Shown here: positions 13,189 to 26,110 of the stretch, one piece after another
Layout: each line of letters opens with the position of its first letter
How positions within the stretch are numbered: the stretch's first letter is position 1
From: Podarcis pityusensis
Taxonomy: Eukaryota
Reading direction: 5' to 3' (one strand)
NCBI GenBank assembly: GCA_964106645.2
Contig: OZ067043.1
DNA: 64,000 bases
The notes under the pieces: model-generated
Told to the model about the DNA's origin: nothing
Databases searched by the model: none
The model's input: the letters and a program-made list of their open reading frames with translations, nothing else
Made by a program: the position numbers and the translations under genes

Positions 13189-13809
13189 GTAATATAAAGA
13201 CAGGGAAAGCTGAAGCTTATCTTTCCCAAACAATAGTATTATTATACCGTAAGGAAAATAATAGGCTTGCATAGCTAACTTACATCCAATTCCTGCAGAA
13301 AATGAAAAATACTTTTCCCTTTGTTTTTTAAAGAAACAAACTTCCAAAGTGCCCTGCATAAAATCCCTCAGATGTATCTGCCCCCAGTTTGGGAGGCTTA
13401 ATACACTCTGGAGGGACTGTTGAGCTTGCGCATTTAATCCACTTCTGTGAAAAGAAAAAAAGTTGTAGCCATTTTACATTCCCCATTATAGTAACTGGGG
13501 ATGGGGAAAAGAGCCTCCTTTTTAACACATCTAATTTAGTCCTGAAGAAGAAATCAGTTTAGAAAGGACTGCTTTCCACAGCTATAGATATTCTGGTGGA
13601 TGCACACCCATACAAACTTTCTCTTCCTCAGGCTATATCAATTGCACAGTCTAGCCTGGTCTATGTTGTTAAGTGTGTACCTGTGGCAGCTGAAGCTTTC
13701 AGTGGTTGTGTAAAAGAATTAAATAGGTTCAGACCATCCTGCTCCCTAACATGGAGCTGTCTGGTCATGTCTTTAATATTCTGAAATCCCTGTTTGTAAC
13801 TCTTGAGTA

Positions 13810-14010
13810 CAGTCATACCTCGGGTTGAATGCGCTTCGGGTTGAGCGCGTTCGAGTTGCGCTCCGAAGCAACCCGAAGCAGAAGCTCAAAATGATGTCAT
13901 GCGCAGAAGCGGCAAAAAGTGACGCTTGTGTGTGCAGACGTGCCATCGCTAGTTACGTTTGCTTCTGGATGCGAATGGGGCTCCGGAATGGATCCCATTC
14001 GTATCCACTG
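13810..14010. mobile_element. Tc1/mariner-type MITE
   Basis: TA|CAGTCATACCTCGG...TATCCACTG|TA, CpG-rich interior. Confidence 0.7.
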
Positions 14011-14256
14011 TACATAACAAAAGTTTGAATTGCAGCAGGCTTTAAAACGCTAGAAGGATTCTGAAATCCAGGTTCAAATTCTCAAGGGATGAGGATAGTT
14101 TTGCCAGTTGCCCATTCTTGTAGATTTTACTCTGGAAGATTGTATCCATTTGATTTACGTGTCCTTGGTGTTTTGTGCTGGTAGCCTGTGAATTGATAAA
14201 GTTTTGGTTGCTTCCAAGATCTAGAAAGAACTAATGGTCATTTTTTTTGTCTCTAG

Positions 14257-14373
14257 GTGGCAATCCTTATCCCATTCCGCAACCGTTATGAGCATCTGCC
14301 AGTCCTCTTTAGACACCTTATTCCAATGCTGCAACACCAACGTTTACAGTTTGCATTTTATGTTATTGAGCAA
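14257..14373 (+). CDS. B4GALT5: B4GALT5 coding exon 5 (117 bp)
   Basis: Flanked by ctctag and gtaagt. Encodes VAILIPFRNRYEHLPVLFRHLIPMLQHQRLQFAFYVIEQ, with the GT7 PFRNR motif. Confidence 0.97.
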
Positions 14374-15741
14374 GTAAGTTAGTTTGTGTGTATTGTTGCC
14401 CCCCCATCTAATTTCTCTTCAGAAGAACATACATTGAAATAAGATGACCTAGTAATGGTTTTCTTTCCGAAATACGCGTTGAGAGAAAGACAGTAAACTG
14501 TGCTTTCCATAGGGCTCTTGCATACTGTATTAAATCCCTAAAATGTGCCCAGAATGTGCCTGCAGTTAGTGATGCCAAAATGCATGCCATGTTAGCTTTC
14601 CCCGTGTGGTAGTGAATGTCCCCTTTCTGTGATCAGCAGTTGGGACCCAAATACTACTTCACTTTATCCTGTAATCAGTCCAGCAGGTTTTTATGAAACC
14701 TCTCCAAACATGCACCATTAAACTTAAATTATTTTCTGGTGTCACACTTTGCTCTGAAAGCTGATGTAATCATCCTGTAAGTTCTTTTTAGCGGATATTG
14801 CTGATTTTGGCCTTGGTTTTGAAATGAACTTTTCATATTAAATTGCTGTGCAGCAGTGAAATGCTCCTATAACCAAACTCTCTGCAAGTAACTGAGATAC
14901 CATATTGTAACTATTTTTTATTTGCCATACTGCCCTTAAAGGTGCATGTGAACTCCTCAGGGCTTGGCACTAGTAGTTCTTAGCCAATGCGACTAAAAAA
15001 GACAAGTGTGATAAATTGTCCTATGTTTATGTAGCAAGCAGAATTTATTGGGGAGGCAAGAAAAGGAAGAAAATTGTCGAAGTAATTGTCAAGCTGAAGT
15101 AAATTGCAGTTACTCTAGTTGTTCATCCAATCTGGGAGGTAATTAACTGTTAGAAAGTCAGTATATATATCTGTAGTGTATCTATGAGACATGTAGAGCT
15201 TCTAGCCCCCAGGCTGCGGAAAATGACCAGGCCACAAATCCAAACTGGCCAGTCTGTGTAGTATTGGGCAAATGGGATCTAGAAGAAACCTAACCTGTTC
15301 AAGCAGTGTTGCAAGTTAATTCCAAAAGCCCTTACATCTTTTGTATACCTTCTAAATATGTTTCTGCCTTGATTTAGATTGTATTTTTCTTCAGGTCTTT
15401 CCTGAAATTAGTTCTAAGCAGTTATTCTATGAAAAAGAGAGACAGTTACTTATCCCTAGTTACTCATTGTGTTTTTCTAACAAAATTTTCTGTCAGCCTG
15501 AGCCACATGGTTGGTTTATTTAGCTCAACATTGTCCTAGTGTGCAGCAGATTTCCAGGATCTCAGTCAGAAGTATTTACCAACACCTAGTCCCTGAATTT
15601 CTATTGACTGGAGATGATTGGGATTGAACCTGAAACCTTGTAAAGCATGAACTCTGCCAATTAGCTGTAGTCCTCACATTGGCAATTGATGAGATATAGC
15701 TGAGTGGTACAACATAGGATTTGCATCCCTAAAGTTCCTGG

Positions 15742-16104
15742 TAGGGATGGACACATCAGGTTTTTTTCCAGTCAATGTCGATTTCACACATGTACATGTG
15801 GAAGACTGTTCAGTTTTTGCATTATCTGTGATTTAAAAAAGAAAAGAAAAATATGTATTTAAAATTGTATTAAATACATAAATATGTATTCTTTTGCAAT
15901 ATATTTAAATATATTTATCTCAATATACACATTTCTAATTTTATCCCAAAACACCCACCTTTTTTTTACATGTTTCATTTTTTTTGAACTGAAAACGGTT
16001 GCAAAATTTTGAGAAGTGCAAAATCTGCATTCTGATCCATGCATTATACCAAGTGATATGAATTAGGTTAGCACTTAAATGTGAACCAGAATTCTCCATC
16101 TCTA
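15742..16104. mobile_element. old hAT-like non-autonomous element (TAGGGATG...CATCTCTA)
   Basis: Ac-type termini; no TSD retained. Related sequence begins at 34888 and ~46007. Confidence 0.5.
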
Positions 16105-16160
16105 GTGTTGTAAACAAATGAATGAACACATGTAATTAATTGGTTGGGATTCTCTCTCAG

Positions 16161-16348
16161 GCTGGTAACCAACCCTTTAACCGCGCCATGCTCTTCAATG
16201 TTGGCTTTCGGGAAGCAATGAAGGACTTGGACTGGGATTGTTTAATCTTCCATGATGTGGACCATATACCTGAAAATGACCGTAACTATTATGGATGTGG
16301 GCAGATGCCAAGACACTTTGCAGCAAAGCTGGATAAATATATGTATCT
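16161..16348 (+). CDS. B4GALT5: B4GALT5 coding exon 6 (188 bp)
   Basis: Flanked by ctctcag and gtaagt. Encodes AGNQPFNRAMLFNVGFREAMKDLDWDCLIFHDVDHIPENDRNYYGCGQMPRHFAAKLDKYMY, with the FNRA and DVD (DXD) motifs. Confidence 0.98.
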
Positions 16349-16541
16349 GTAAGTAACTACAATCATGTGCTTTACTTTTCAAGTTAAAATGGTTAAAGTA
16401 AGCAGAGGCAGACACTTCTGTGTCAGTTTGCATCCTAGAAAAGTGCTATTTATGACAGGCAATGAAAAGGAAGCCAAATTTGTTCTTACCTGTATTAAGT
16501 TCTGTTCATAGTAACCTTGACTGAAACTTCTTTTTATACAG

Positions 16542-16664
16542 CCTCCCTTACAATGAGTTCTTTGGAGGAGTGAGTGGCTTAACAGTGGAACAGTTTAAAA
16601 AAATCAATGGCTTTCCAAATGCCTTCTGGGGCTGGGGCGGAGAAGATGATGACCTTTGGAACAG
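16542..16664 (+). CDS. B4GALT5: B4GALT5 coding exon 7 (123 bp)
   Basis: Flanked by tatacag and gtaaat. Encodes LLPYNEFFGGVSGLTVEQFKKINGFPNAFWGWGGEDDDLWN, with the WGWGGEDDD catalytic motif. Confidence 0.98.
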
Positions 16665-17334
16665 GTAAATTGCATGCAAAATAGGTGGGATTGCATTACA
16701 TGCAAGTTCTAATTGTGTTATGACTCCCCCATAGGCTATCCAATTCCCACTGTGCCAGATGAATAACAAGAATTAGGATATAAAATATTGTGGCATGGGG
16801 GTTAGGGCTGGCTTAGCTTTGGAATGATTGAGGATTGGTAACACTTCTTCTGGGACACACACCTATCTTGGCAGTATAAGCTACCCATAGGGATTGCCTA
16901 TTTCCCTTCTGTGTAATTTGGCCATGTGCCTGTGACTTCCAGTCTTTCAGAGTAACATTTAGACAACTCCCACCCCCCCTCTGCATGACTTTTAAGGAAG
17001 ATCTTCCACGATATGTAACATTTTTATGTCCTGTGGGATGGGTTTTCTTTACTTAGCAGTTCTGGATGGGGTGGTGGGCTGCTCTGTCTCAGGGTCACAT
17101 GCTTTCTTCTCCCCCCCCCCCCATTGCCCATTGTATTTCCTAACTAAAGTATGATGTTCAGTTAAGCATTTGACCTACACATGGTATAAATATGATCATT
17201 TTGGTTACATAAGATTGTCAGGAGCACTAGCTTACAAACCATATTTTGGGGGTTATTGCTCAGATTGTGCAGTCCTGGCAAATGTTGAAGTCAAAAATGC
17301 TAAAAAGTTTTTCTCTTTCCTCTTTCCCCTCCAG

Positions 17335-17436
17335 AGTGCACTATGCAGGCTACTTGGTGACTCGGCCAGAAGGAGATACAGGGAAATACAAGTCTATTCC
17401 ACATCATCACAGAGGAGAAGTGCAGTTCTTAGGAAG
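17335..17436 (+). CDS. B4GALT5: B4GALT5 coding exon 8 (102 bp; GC donor)
   Basis: Acceptor cccctccag. Encodes RVHYAGYLVTRPEGDTGKYKSIPHHHRGEVQFLG. The join to exon 9 that restores the conserved protein needs the donor AG|gcaagt. Confidence 0.95.
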
Positions 17437-20400
17437 GCAAGTCAAATTTTATCAGAGAAATACTCATGAGAGTACAGATTTCCTAGCACTTCAGGCATGT
17501 GTCTGTTGCTAACCTGTCTGATCTCAAACACTAAAACTCTGCCACCTTAAAAACTAAGGGTGGAGTCAAGTGACTTAAAAGCTTCTAGTGTGATACTTTA
17601 AACCATATATGGGGTGTTGTTGCTTACATTCTTCAACATCATTCTCCAGCATCATAGTCAAGCTTGGTATAATCACACTTCTTCAGAAATGTATGTGGCT
17701 CTGACGCTTCGTTGTCTGGTGTTACAGATTATATTGGCTTGCACCTCTGTGATTCCTTAGCATTTGAATCCATGCTTGGCCATCCTGAGAGATGCAGATG
17801 ATTTTAGCATATAGCTGACGTGTTATGTCTATCACAGAAATATATGTAGTGGCACTAGGAACTTCCATTGTGCTGGATCAAACCTACCAACCCAGACATT
17901 CATATACAATTACCTTGTGTCTCAATTCCAGAAATCACATTGGTTGCCCAATTAATGTAAATAGAATAAAAATACCTTGCTCAGCCCTTGCCCAAACCTG
18001 CCCAATATTTCAATTGGATTACCAAGAGTGAAGATTCTGGATTCTTGTGCAGAGCTCAACCAGCCCTGTAACATCACCAGAAACGTCAGTATGCCAGCTA
18101 CAATAAAATTAACTTCAGCTGTGCATGTATAAAATGCAACTTCTGATCATGGACAATCCACGTGATTTTTTCCCCACGCCTCACTGAAATATAGCTATGC
18201 CATTATTTTGCTATACATATTCATTGCATGGGACTTGGGCAGAAGAAGCTGACACACTAATTTATATTGACTAATTTATATTGAAGGCTAATAGCTCAAT
18301 GGAGCATCTGATTTGCATGTAGACGTATAATTTTCACTCCCCAGCATCTCCATGTAAGTCTGGGAGACACCCATTGTCTGAAACCCTGGAGAGCTGCTGC
18401 CAGTTGGTATAGACAGTATTAAGCTAGATGGACCAATGGTCTGATTCTGTACAAGGCAGCTTCATGGGTACAAACCCAGCAGCCATTGCAATACTTGACA
18501 GAGGCTCATATGGTTTTCTCTGCCTTAGCAAGGCTTGGCACAAATGAGGATTTACTAATGCTTTCACTTGGGAAATATGTTTCTCCTATTTTATTCTAAA
18601 ACATGCTTCTGCTACTTTATTCTGAACCATGACATTCAGAAATCTAAAAGCGATCCAAGCACTTAAATGTAAATAACTTGATGAGTTCAGTATTCTCCAC
18701 TTGAATGAGGCTTTCCCCACCCCTTTCCACAAACAGGCAGCTAGATATTTTGTACATTTGCTTTAAGAAAAAGATGTTGAGGATGACTTGGCAACTTTGT
18801 CAGTAGTGGCTATTCTTGCAGGATAATGCCAATTGCTATTAAATAACAGAAATTGTGATAAAGAAGTAAACAGGAAATTTTTAAGTGTTATACAGTTTGT
18901 GTGTGTATAATTTATTTATTTGAATAATAAATGCCAGTTTCCTAACAAAAATTACAATAAAAACACAAATAGCATGTCAATTCAAGGTAAAAACTTCAAG
19001 TTCCAAAATAGGAATGACATCTGCCAGACCGTTGGCAAGGAGTTCCAAAGGGCAGAGCCTGCCACACTAAAGGCTCAGTCCCTGGTGAAGGCTGGCTGAA
19101 CATAAAGATGATGGGGGACAACCAAATGTGTCCTAACAGAAGATCTCTGTGATAGAGATGGAGTGTAAGGGATTGGGAAGTCCTTAAGGTACAGGCAACT
19201 CCCCATTGGTGTGCAATTGACACATGTACGACCACTGACACACCCAACGTTTTTGGCAGGGCAGGGGGGCTTACATCCTGCAGAAACGTGTGGTTCCTTG
19301 GAATGCAACTCCTGAGTAAATGGGCAGTTGCCTGTACTTGGGGCCTAAGGTTTTTTTGTTTTGTTTTTTTAATGGCTATGTGAATTAACACAAGAATCTT
19401 GGCCTGGTAGCAAATAGGCAACTAGTACAGTTCTTTCAGCAAATGAGTGGCATGTTGTTGGTAACCTGCTCCTGTGTGTAGGCGTGTCCATTGTATTCTG
19501 CACTTCTTGCAGGTTCCAGACCAGATAAAAGGGCAGCCCTTCATAAAGCACACACACATATTGTATGTGTATTGCAGCATGCTCTCTAAATTAACTGCAC
19601 ACTCAAGCATAGAATGAGTCTGCAGTGCATGTTCTGGGCTGTTTTCCAATCTCTCCTTTGCCTTGATGAGCCATTTGATGCATTATTTCACTTAACTTCC
19701 CAGATTTCATTCTGCTGCTGCAGTTGGCAGGCAGAGACTGTGTGTCACATTTAAAAACAGAGTAGCCATGAATTAAACCTGCCTGCAGGTAATGTCCCTC
19801 AACTTAGCAGCCTTTCCTCTCTAACTCCAAATATGTGGGACAGAGCTTCACTGAAGTCCAGCTTGATCAGTCCAGAAGCCCATCTAGTTCAAGTTCCTGT
19901 TTCTCACCATGATGCCTATGGGAAGCCCATTGGAGAGTGGCCGCTCTGCACATGACTTCAGAGCTAAGCCCTGGCCTTGAAAATAGCCCCAGGCTATATT
20001 AAACTCTCATGAGGATTTGCCCCAATTAACAAATCTGCAAAGTGGTTCAAAGAGGTGTTTGGAGGAGCACAGCCAAATCGTTCAGTCACAAGTCCTAGGT
20101 GGGGGTGGTCAACATTCTTTCATCTGATTGCTTAACAACAGCGATGAAGTATTTTTACTGTCTTTAGCAATAGTGCTGCCTGCTGAGGTCAAAGCCTTAG
20201 AGATGTATCTCTGCACTGTTTTATAACTTTCTTTAGGTATGTCAGATTGACTTACTTTTTCTAAATGAAAGCTAAGAACATAGGGCTCTGGGCCTGGTAT
20301 TTGTGGCAGCCCTGTACACAATATAGAAAATTGGAAAGCAGTCTTGCAGTTGTGCATAATAATTTTTTTTAGGAGGTGGGGCTTGAAAATAAATTATGTT

Positions 20401-20634
20401 GCATTTCCTGCCACAGTATGTCTGATGCAAATCTAATTGCAAATTAAAAATATTTCTCAGTGTGCTTTTTGAAATCCCAGTCTCCTACTTATGATCATTA
20501 CTTTCTGAATGCTTGTAATATGTTTAGGGACAGAAGTCTATCGTACTAAGCATCCTGTTAGTAGAAATACACTAATTTCTCATCTTCAGTTTTGAACATT
20601 TACCTTAATGTCTCCCAACTTTTTATTCCAATAG

Positions 20635-20782
20635 GTATGCACTGCTGAGGAAGTCCAAAGAGAGGCAAGAATTAGATGGCCTCAATAACTTGAACTACTT
20701 TCCAAATGTTACATATGACGCCTTGTATAAAAACATAACTGTCAACCTGACGCCAGAGCTGGCTCTGGTGAATGAATACTGA
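20635..20782 (+). CDS. B4GALT5: B4GALT5 terminal coding exon 9 (148 bp to TGA)
   Basis: Acceptor ttccaatag. Encodes RYALLRKSKERQELDGLNNLNYFPNVTYDALYKNITVNLTPELALVNEY*. Exons 2-9 sum to 1052 nt, consistent with a 388-aa protein if exon 1 contributes 115 nt. Confidence 0.97.
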
Positions 20783-23658
20783 GAAGATGAAAAGAAGAAA
20801 ACATATTATTTTGTAGGTATCTCTTGGACAAGAAAAATCTTGTGTCTAATGAAGGATCACAGTAATTTTGAAGAATAATACTCCACGCACACAGATCGTC
20901 AGATTATAAACTCACTCAAGACTGTGCAGCGAGCTTGGACTTCACTTGCTTTTTGATTTCTCTTTTTAAAGAACAGTGATGTGACCTGCTGCTTTTGTTC
21001 CAGCATTCCATCTCCTTAATCTTCAATACCAAACTGTGACTGAATGTGCTTTCCTGTTCATCAAACCAGTTTGGCTAAAAAGGACGCCATTGGCTTCTTG
21101 ACTTTGGGTGCCAGAAGCTTATCTGGAGGCAATGACCCTAATGGGAGATGAACTGCTACTTAACAATGATATCATTCTTCTACATTTGTGTTTCTATTGG
21201 TTTTTTTTAACTGAACTGCTTGAAGACTATATACTGTATATAAATATATATACATACACACACCACAGAATCACTTCTTAAAGAAGTGCAGGTGTAAATA
21301 AGCTTGTAGAAATTGCATTTTTTATAACTATTTTATGATCCCGAACTGAAGCTGAAGGTTTACAACATAAGATAATTTATGTAAGCCCCCACCTGTGCAA
21401 ACACATCAGAACATCAGATTACATTCATGTGAGTAATTTTCTTCAGAGCTACTTACCTGTCTGTTTGCAGGTTTGGGACTCTGCTAGTAGGTTATGAAGC
21501 TTAACAAATGGAAGCCATAGCAGTGCTTATTTGGGGGGTGGAATCTGACTTTGGAAATAGGGATTCCATTCATTAATGAACAAAGACCAGTCTCGTGCAT
21601 TTTGTGGTTGGATAGCCTTTCCAAATTGTATGCTGATTGATCACATTCTGCCATATATTTCATAGTGGAAGCTAAACACAGGAAGAAATACTTCTAAATC
21701 AGCTTTGCCTTTGCAAGGGACAGATTCTCCAAAAAGTTGTAGGTCGTCACTCACCCCTCATATCCACACATTTTTGGTTCAGACTAAGTTTGCAAAGTCT
21801 ACAGTGATTCCTGTAATTGAACTTTGGGCGTGGGGAAGTTATAGTATTTTGATATATTTATTGTGTAAATGAAACTGTACACTGAACTAATCTAGGTTAA
21901 AATTGTAGGTTAGAACTCTTGGTTATTACAGTTAACTGAGAAGGTATTGCACAAGTACAAATACTGGGATAAATATATCCAGACTCCAAATCATAATTAA
22001 AAGAATGAAGGGCATTGAGATTAGTTCAGGGGGGCAGAATGTGAGTCTCTGTGACACAAGTGCTTGGTCCATATCCTCCATTCAGTTTCACAGATCTGGT
22101 TTTTGTTTAAATGGGCATCCTAGATTTGTGCCTTTTTTGTTTCATTTTTCAAAATCCACCTGTTCATACTGTATGTACAAACTTTTTTTTTTTTTACTAG
22201 GGCTTATAACCCTGGTAAATGTCTTCTTGGATTGCTCTAATATATATTTATAGACGCAGATTGTGAGTACTTAACCGGAGAAGTACTTTAATTTCTTTTA
22301 TTGCATTGTTGCCTTCAATTTGTTTAACTTGGATAGTTTACACTTAGTTTCTTTGGTTCGGTGGATGTATGATCCCCCATATACATTTGTTGTGGGTGTG
22401 ACTGACCAAGCCTATTTTCTTACGTCTCAAAAGAGTTATGAAAGTGTGTGTGTGTGTGTGTGCTCGCATGTGTGTTTGTGTCTGTCTTATCAGCCCATAT
22501 GAAAGGCAGCAAGTCTGCTCTTGAGAATGCTGGTAAGTGTGCTTTAAAATATTTCATAAGGGGAACCCTTCATGGCTGCTGCAGAGGTAAGGATTTGCGT
22601 GTCTTTTTATTTTTTTATGGCACATATAGCAATAAAGACTTCTAAATTTTGACTTTTTTCAGATGTGGATAAGACACATACCCTTTTCTTGCTTGTCTTT
22701 CTTTTTTTTTAATCTAGAAAACAACATCTTTATTTAATGGTGCTTCAGTTGAGGAATGTATTTTCAAAATGTCTGAATTCACCATCACATCTACATATAC
22801 CCGAATAGATATTGGTCTGTGTGGCATTTCAAATCCTCAAGCTTTTGAGTAGATTGCCATCCCTCTAGAACCCCTATTCTTGAACAAGAAAAGGAATTAC
22901 CTCTGCTCAGAAAGGCATTAAAGATTAGCATGAAAGGGTCAGTTTTACTCCTTAATCAATGGCTTTTGGTTTATTTTGTTCTTTCCAATCAAGTTGTTTT
23001 ATTTTCCTCTTTTAAAATGTGGAATATCTTTGAAATGTGCACTGTTATTCTTATCAGCTAAGTCAAATACTATATAGTAAATGTAATTGTTGAAAACATA
23101 AATGTCAAGCGCATGTGATGTTATAGTGTAAAAGAAAATCATTTTAAAAACTGTACATACTTTGGCAGCTGAAATTTCAACAAGGCCAGTGCTCCCCATC
23201 TCCATCAGCACGGTTGGCTAACACTGCTGGGGGCAGAACACTATGATAAAAATGCGTGTTATTTTATTTTTTTGTATGAGCCATGTGGGTCTTTATTTGC
23301 TAAAACATTTGTTTTAAAGCCACTACATTTTGTAAAAACAAAAAAAAAACAGCTCCTCTTCTTGAAAGAGTTTACCAGCTGAGCAACCACCATGCATTTC
23401 CAAACACCTGCTCGGAAAAGGTAGCATTGAACAACATGTAGCTTCCTTCCATCCTATTGTTTGAGCTTGCTCTTATGTTTTCTATGAGGTGCCAGGGGTA
23501 CATTTTTGCACTGAAATCTATAGTGTTTTAAAACACACACAATTTTCAGCAAAGCAATCCTTTGTGTCATTACATTTATTTACCCATGTGTTTGTACATT
23601 TTTGTATGTTAATTTATGAATGATTTTTTCAGTAAAAAGAATACATATTCAAGAACCA
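20783..23658 (+). other. B4GALT5: B4GALT5 3' UTR (distal end approximate)
   Basis: AT-rich tract after the stop with no recognisable transposon. Ends in U-rich TGTA-containing sequence with AGTAAA (23631-23636) and AATACA (23640-23645). An upstream AATAAA lies at 22631-22636. Confidence 0.65.
23631..23636 (+). terminator. candidate distal poly(A) signal (AGTAAA variant)
   Basis: Variant hexamer preceded by TGTA elements (tttgtacatttttgtatg) and followed by a CA about 20 nt downstream. Confidence 0.5.
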
Positions 23659-25369
23659 AGAGACTATTGATGTCACATTATTTATCAAAACAATGTTTAA
23701 CCTGCAGGTTCTATGTAGCACAAACCACAGACAAGCCTTAAATGTACAGTTTAGTTGAAACAACTTGCCAGATAGCTATTTTTTAAAAGTCAACTTTTTT
23801 CAATCTTCTCCACCCCCACCCCCGCATTACATTCCATGAGATAGTATCTGAACTTTGAACATTATAATCACTGAAGACGGTCAACCTGTTTCTGTTAGAA
23901 AGAACATGTGCACACTCTTACTGCCCCTTATTGTTCAGAGAAGTGGCCTGGGTAATTTTCTCCAGGATCGTGAGCCAGGTGTTCTTTGTTCTTATAATTC
24001 CAGAATCTCTTTTGGGAAATACATGATTCTTCTGTGGGTTACTTAACAAAGTGCTGCCTTAAATTCATGATACGGTGACTTTCAGACCATCAAAACTAGA
24101 CCATCAAAACTTACCTTAACATTTGCCCATGTCAAATACAGTAACGAGCTACTATCTCCAAAGCTTTGTAAAATTGTTAGCAGTAAATTACAATGTTACA
24201 GAAACCTCCGATACAATAGTTTCATTAAACCCGGACCAACCTCTTACAGAGGCTGAGCTGCTTTTCAGTCTTCATGGAATTAAGCTAATGCACATGCCAC
24301 ATTTTATTGTGACATCTCCGTGTTCAAGAGAGGCTGTATTGCGATGCAGCTTGCATCTTTTCCAGGCCCCTTGAAAATGGATGTAGAGATAAACTAATAT
24401 TGAACCTGGAATGTAGCATTGTCCTGAAAACACACACCAGCTTTTGTTCAGGAGGAGATTTTTCCTATCAAACTGCTAAAGCCTCCCTTTGCTCAAGTCC
24501 TTTTGGCACATGGCAAAAATAAAGTACGGAACTATAAGGTGTTTTCTCAAAACTATTTACTGCTTGATCATTGGCAGTAGAAGGGATATTTCCATCTCTA
24601 AACTAGCAATCTAAAATTGCTTTGTATTCGATATCTCTTGTGAAAATTATAGGGCACCTTGAAATTGGCCAAAGCCTGAGATACAAATCAGAACTGTGGT
24701 TATTCACGTAGAAGCTCTTGTTCAGTCCTCAGAAATGATAAAGGAGTCAAGGGAACAGACTAGATGCTGTTTAATGCTCAGGAGTTTAACTAATCAGATT
24801 ATCCTGTGATACGGGTATAATTAGGCTCTGGTAACTTGCAGAGGAAGTGCCTGTTTCTATCACGTCCTTTTTCTTTAGCTGGTGATACTCAAATGTTTTG
24901 TAGGAATCATATTCCTTGAAAAGGAATAGCCTTTTGAGTCTGGCCAGTACTTAATCTTTAACAGAGGCAATGACTTTATTAGAGCAATATTAGCTCTATC
25001 CAATTATATACCTGCATCAGCAAAAGGGAGGTCTCATAGCCTCCCCATGATTAGCAACAAAAATCTGGGAGTTAGAAAAACAAGTTTTTTGTAAGCTAAT
25101 GAATGAATGCCTACTTAAACTCTTTGTGGTTTCTGCTTATCATTGGCAATGTGGCAACATTATGACAAAATAAGAGAGGCCTAGATAAGTACTTGGCAGC
25201 TTCTCTTCTTCAAAGCATGGTGATCTGCTGCTTGTATTCTCTAGTTTCTTGAGTCTGATAAAGGTAAATGTTTTTGTTGCTGGATGGATTTTAGAGATGC
25301 TTAATAGTTGCCTGATCTCCCTGTAGAAGCGCCAGCCTAGCTGAATAGGACAGTTCAGTTTTTCCATAG

Positions 25370-26110
25370 GTGGAAGGTCTTCCACACCTTTCTCTTTCTG
25401 CACTGGGGTCCCTTGGGAATCTGTCCTTCACATTCTACACGTGGTCCCTGGGTGAGTTCACCAAATCCCCTGGCTTTCAGTATTGCCTATGCACAGATGA
25501 CACTTGGTACTCTTCATGCCCCACACCCCGAATGAGAGAAATCCCATCCTCAGCCAGTCCTGCATCTTCAGATGCCCTCCCTGATGCCTCTGTTTGGCTG
25601 CTTTGCAATCATCTCAAACTTGGCATGCCCATAAGCAAGCTTCTCATTATTCCATCCATGCCTTTCCATTCTTCACACATTTTGAACAAGCACACAGACT
25701 TGGCTTTAATATTGGACTCTGTACTTTTGTTCTTGATTTTCAGTAATGTATTTTTCAAATATTCTGAAGGAAGAAATAACATTTTCTGTCCCTTTGGCAA
25801 AAACTCTGGTCCATGACATAGACTGCTGCTGCGGCCTTGCTCTCTTTGTTTTTCCATTGTCTCACTTTGGAACCCAGAATTTTATCTGGCATTCTGCCTG
25901 CAGCCCAACTAACCATCTACATTTCATCTCTGATAATATGGTGGATCTCTTAAATTCTGACATTGGTTTCTCATCAGCTCCTGGTTCCAGGCACAAACTC
26001 CTTGTCATTATCTTCAAAGCTCCCTCCCTGGGACTTGCCCCCTTTTATCTTTGCTCTTATATTTCAATACACCCCTATCCATGAATGTTCCTCCTCCAAC
26101 TTATTAGAGG
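25370..26110 (+). mobile_element. highly decayed L2 LINE RT fragment (approximate)
   Basis: Degenerate translations (SLGEFTKSPGFQYCLCTDDT, WLLCNHLKL, KLLVIIFKA..GLAPFYL) resemble L2 RT and C-terminal motifs, with frameshifts. Confidence 0.55.

Noticed and set aside
21451-21459. Perfect antisense splice donor (CAGGTAAGT on the minus strand) in the 3' UTR
   Set aside because: A single 9-mer with no associated exon evidence.
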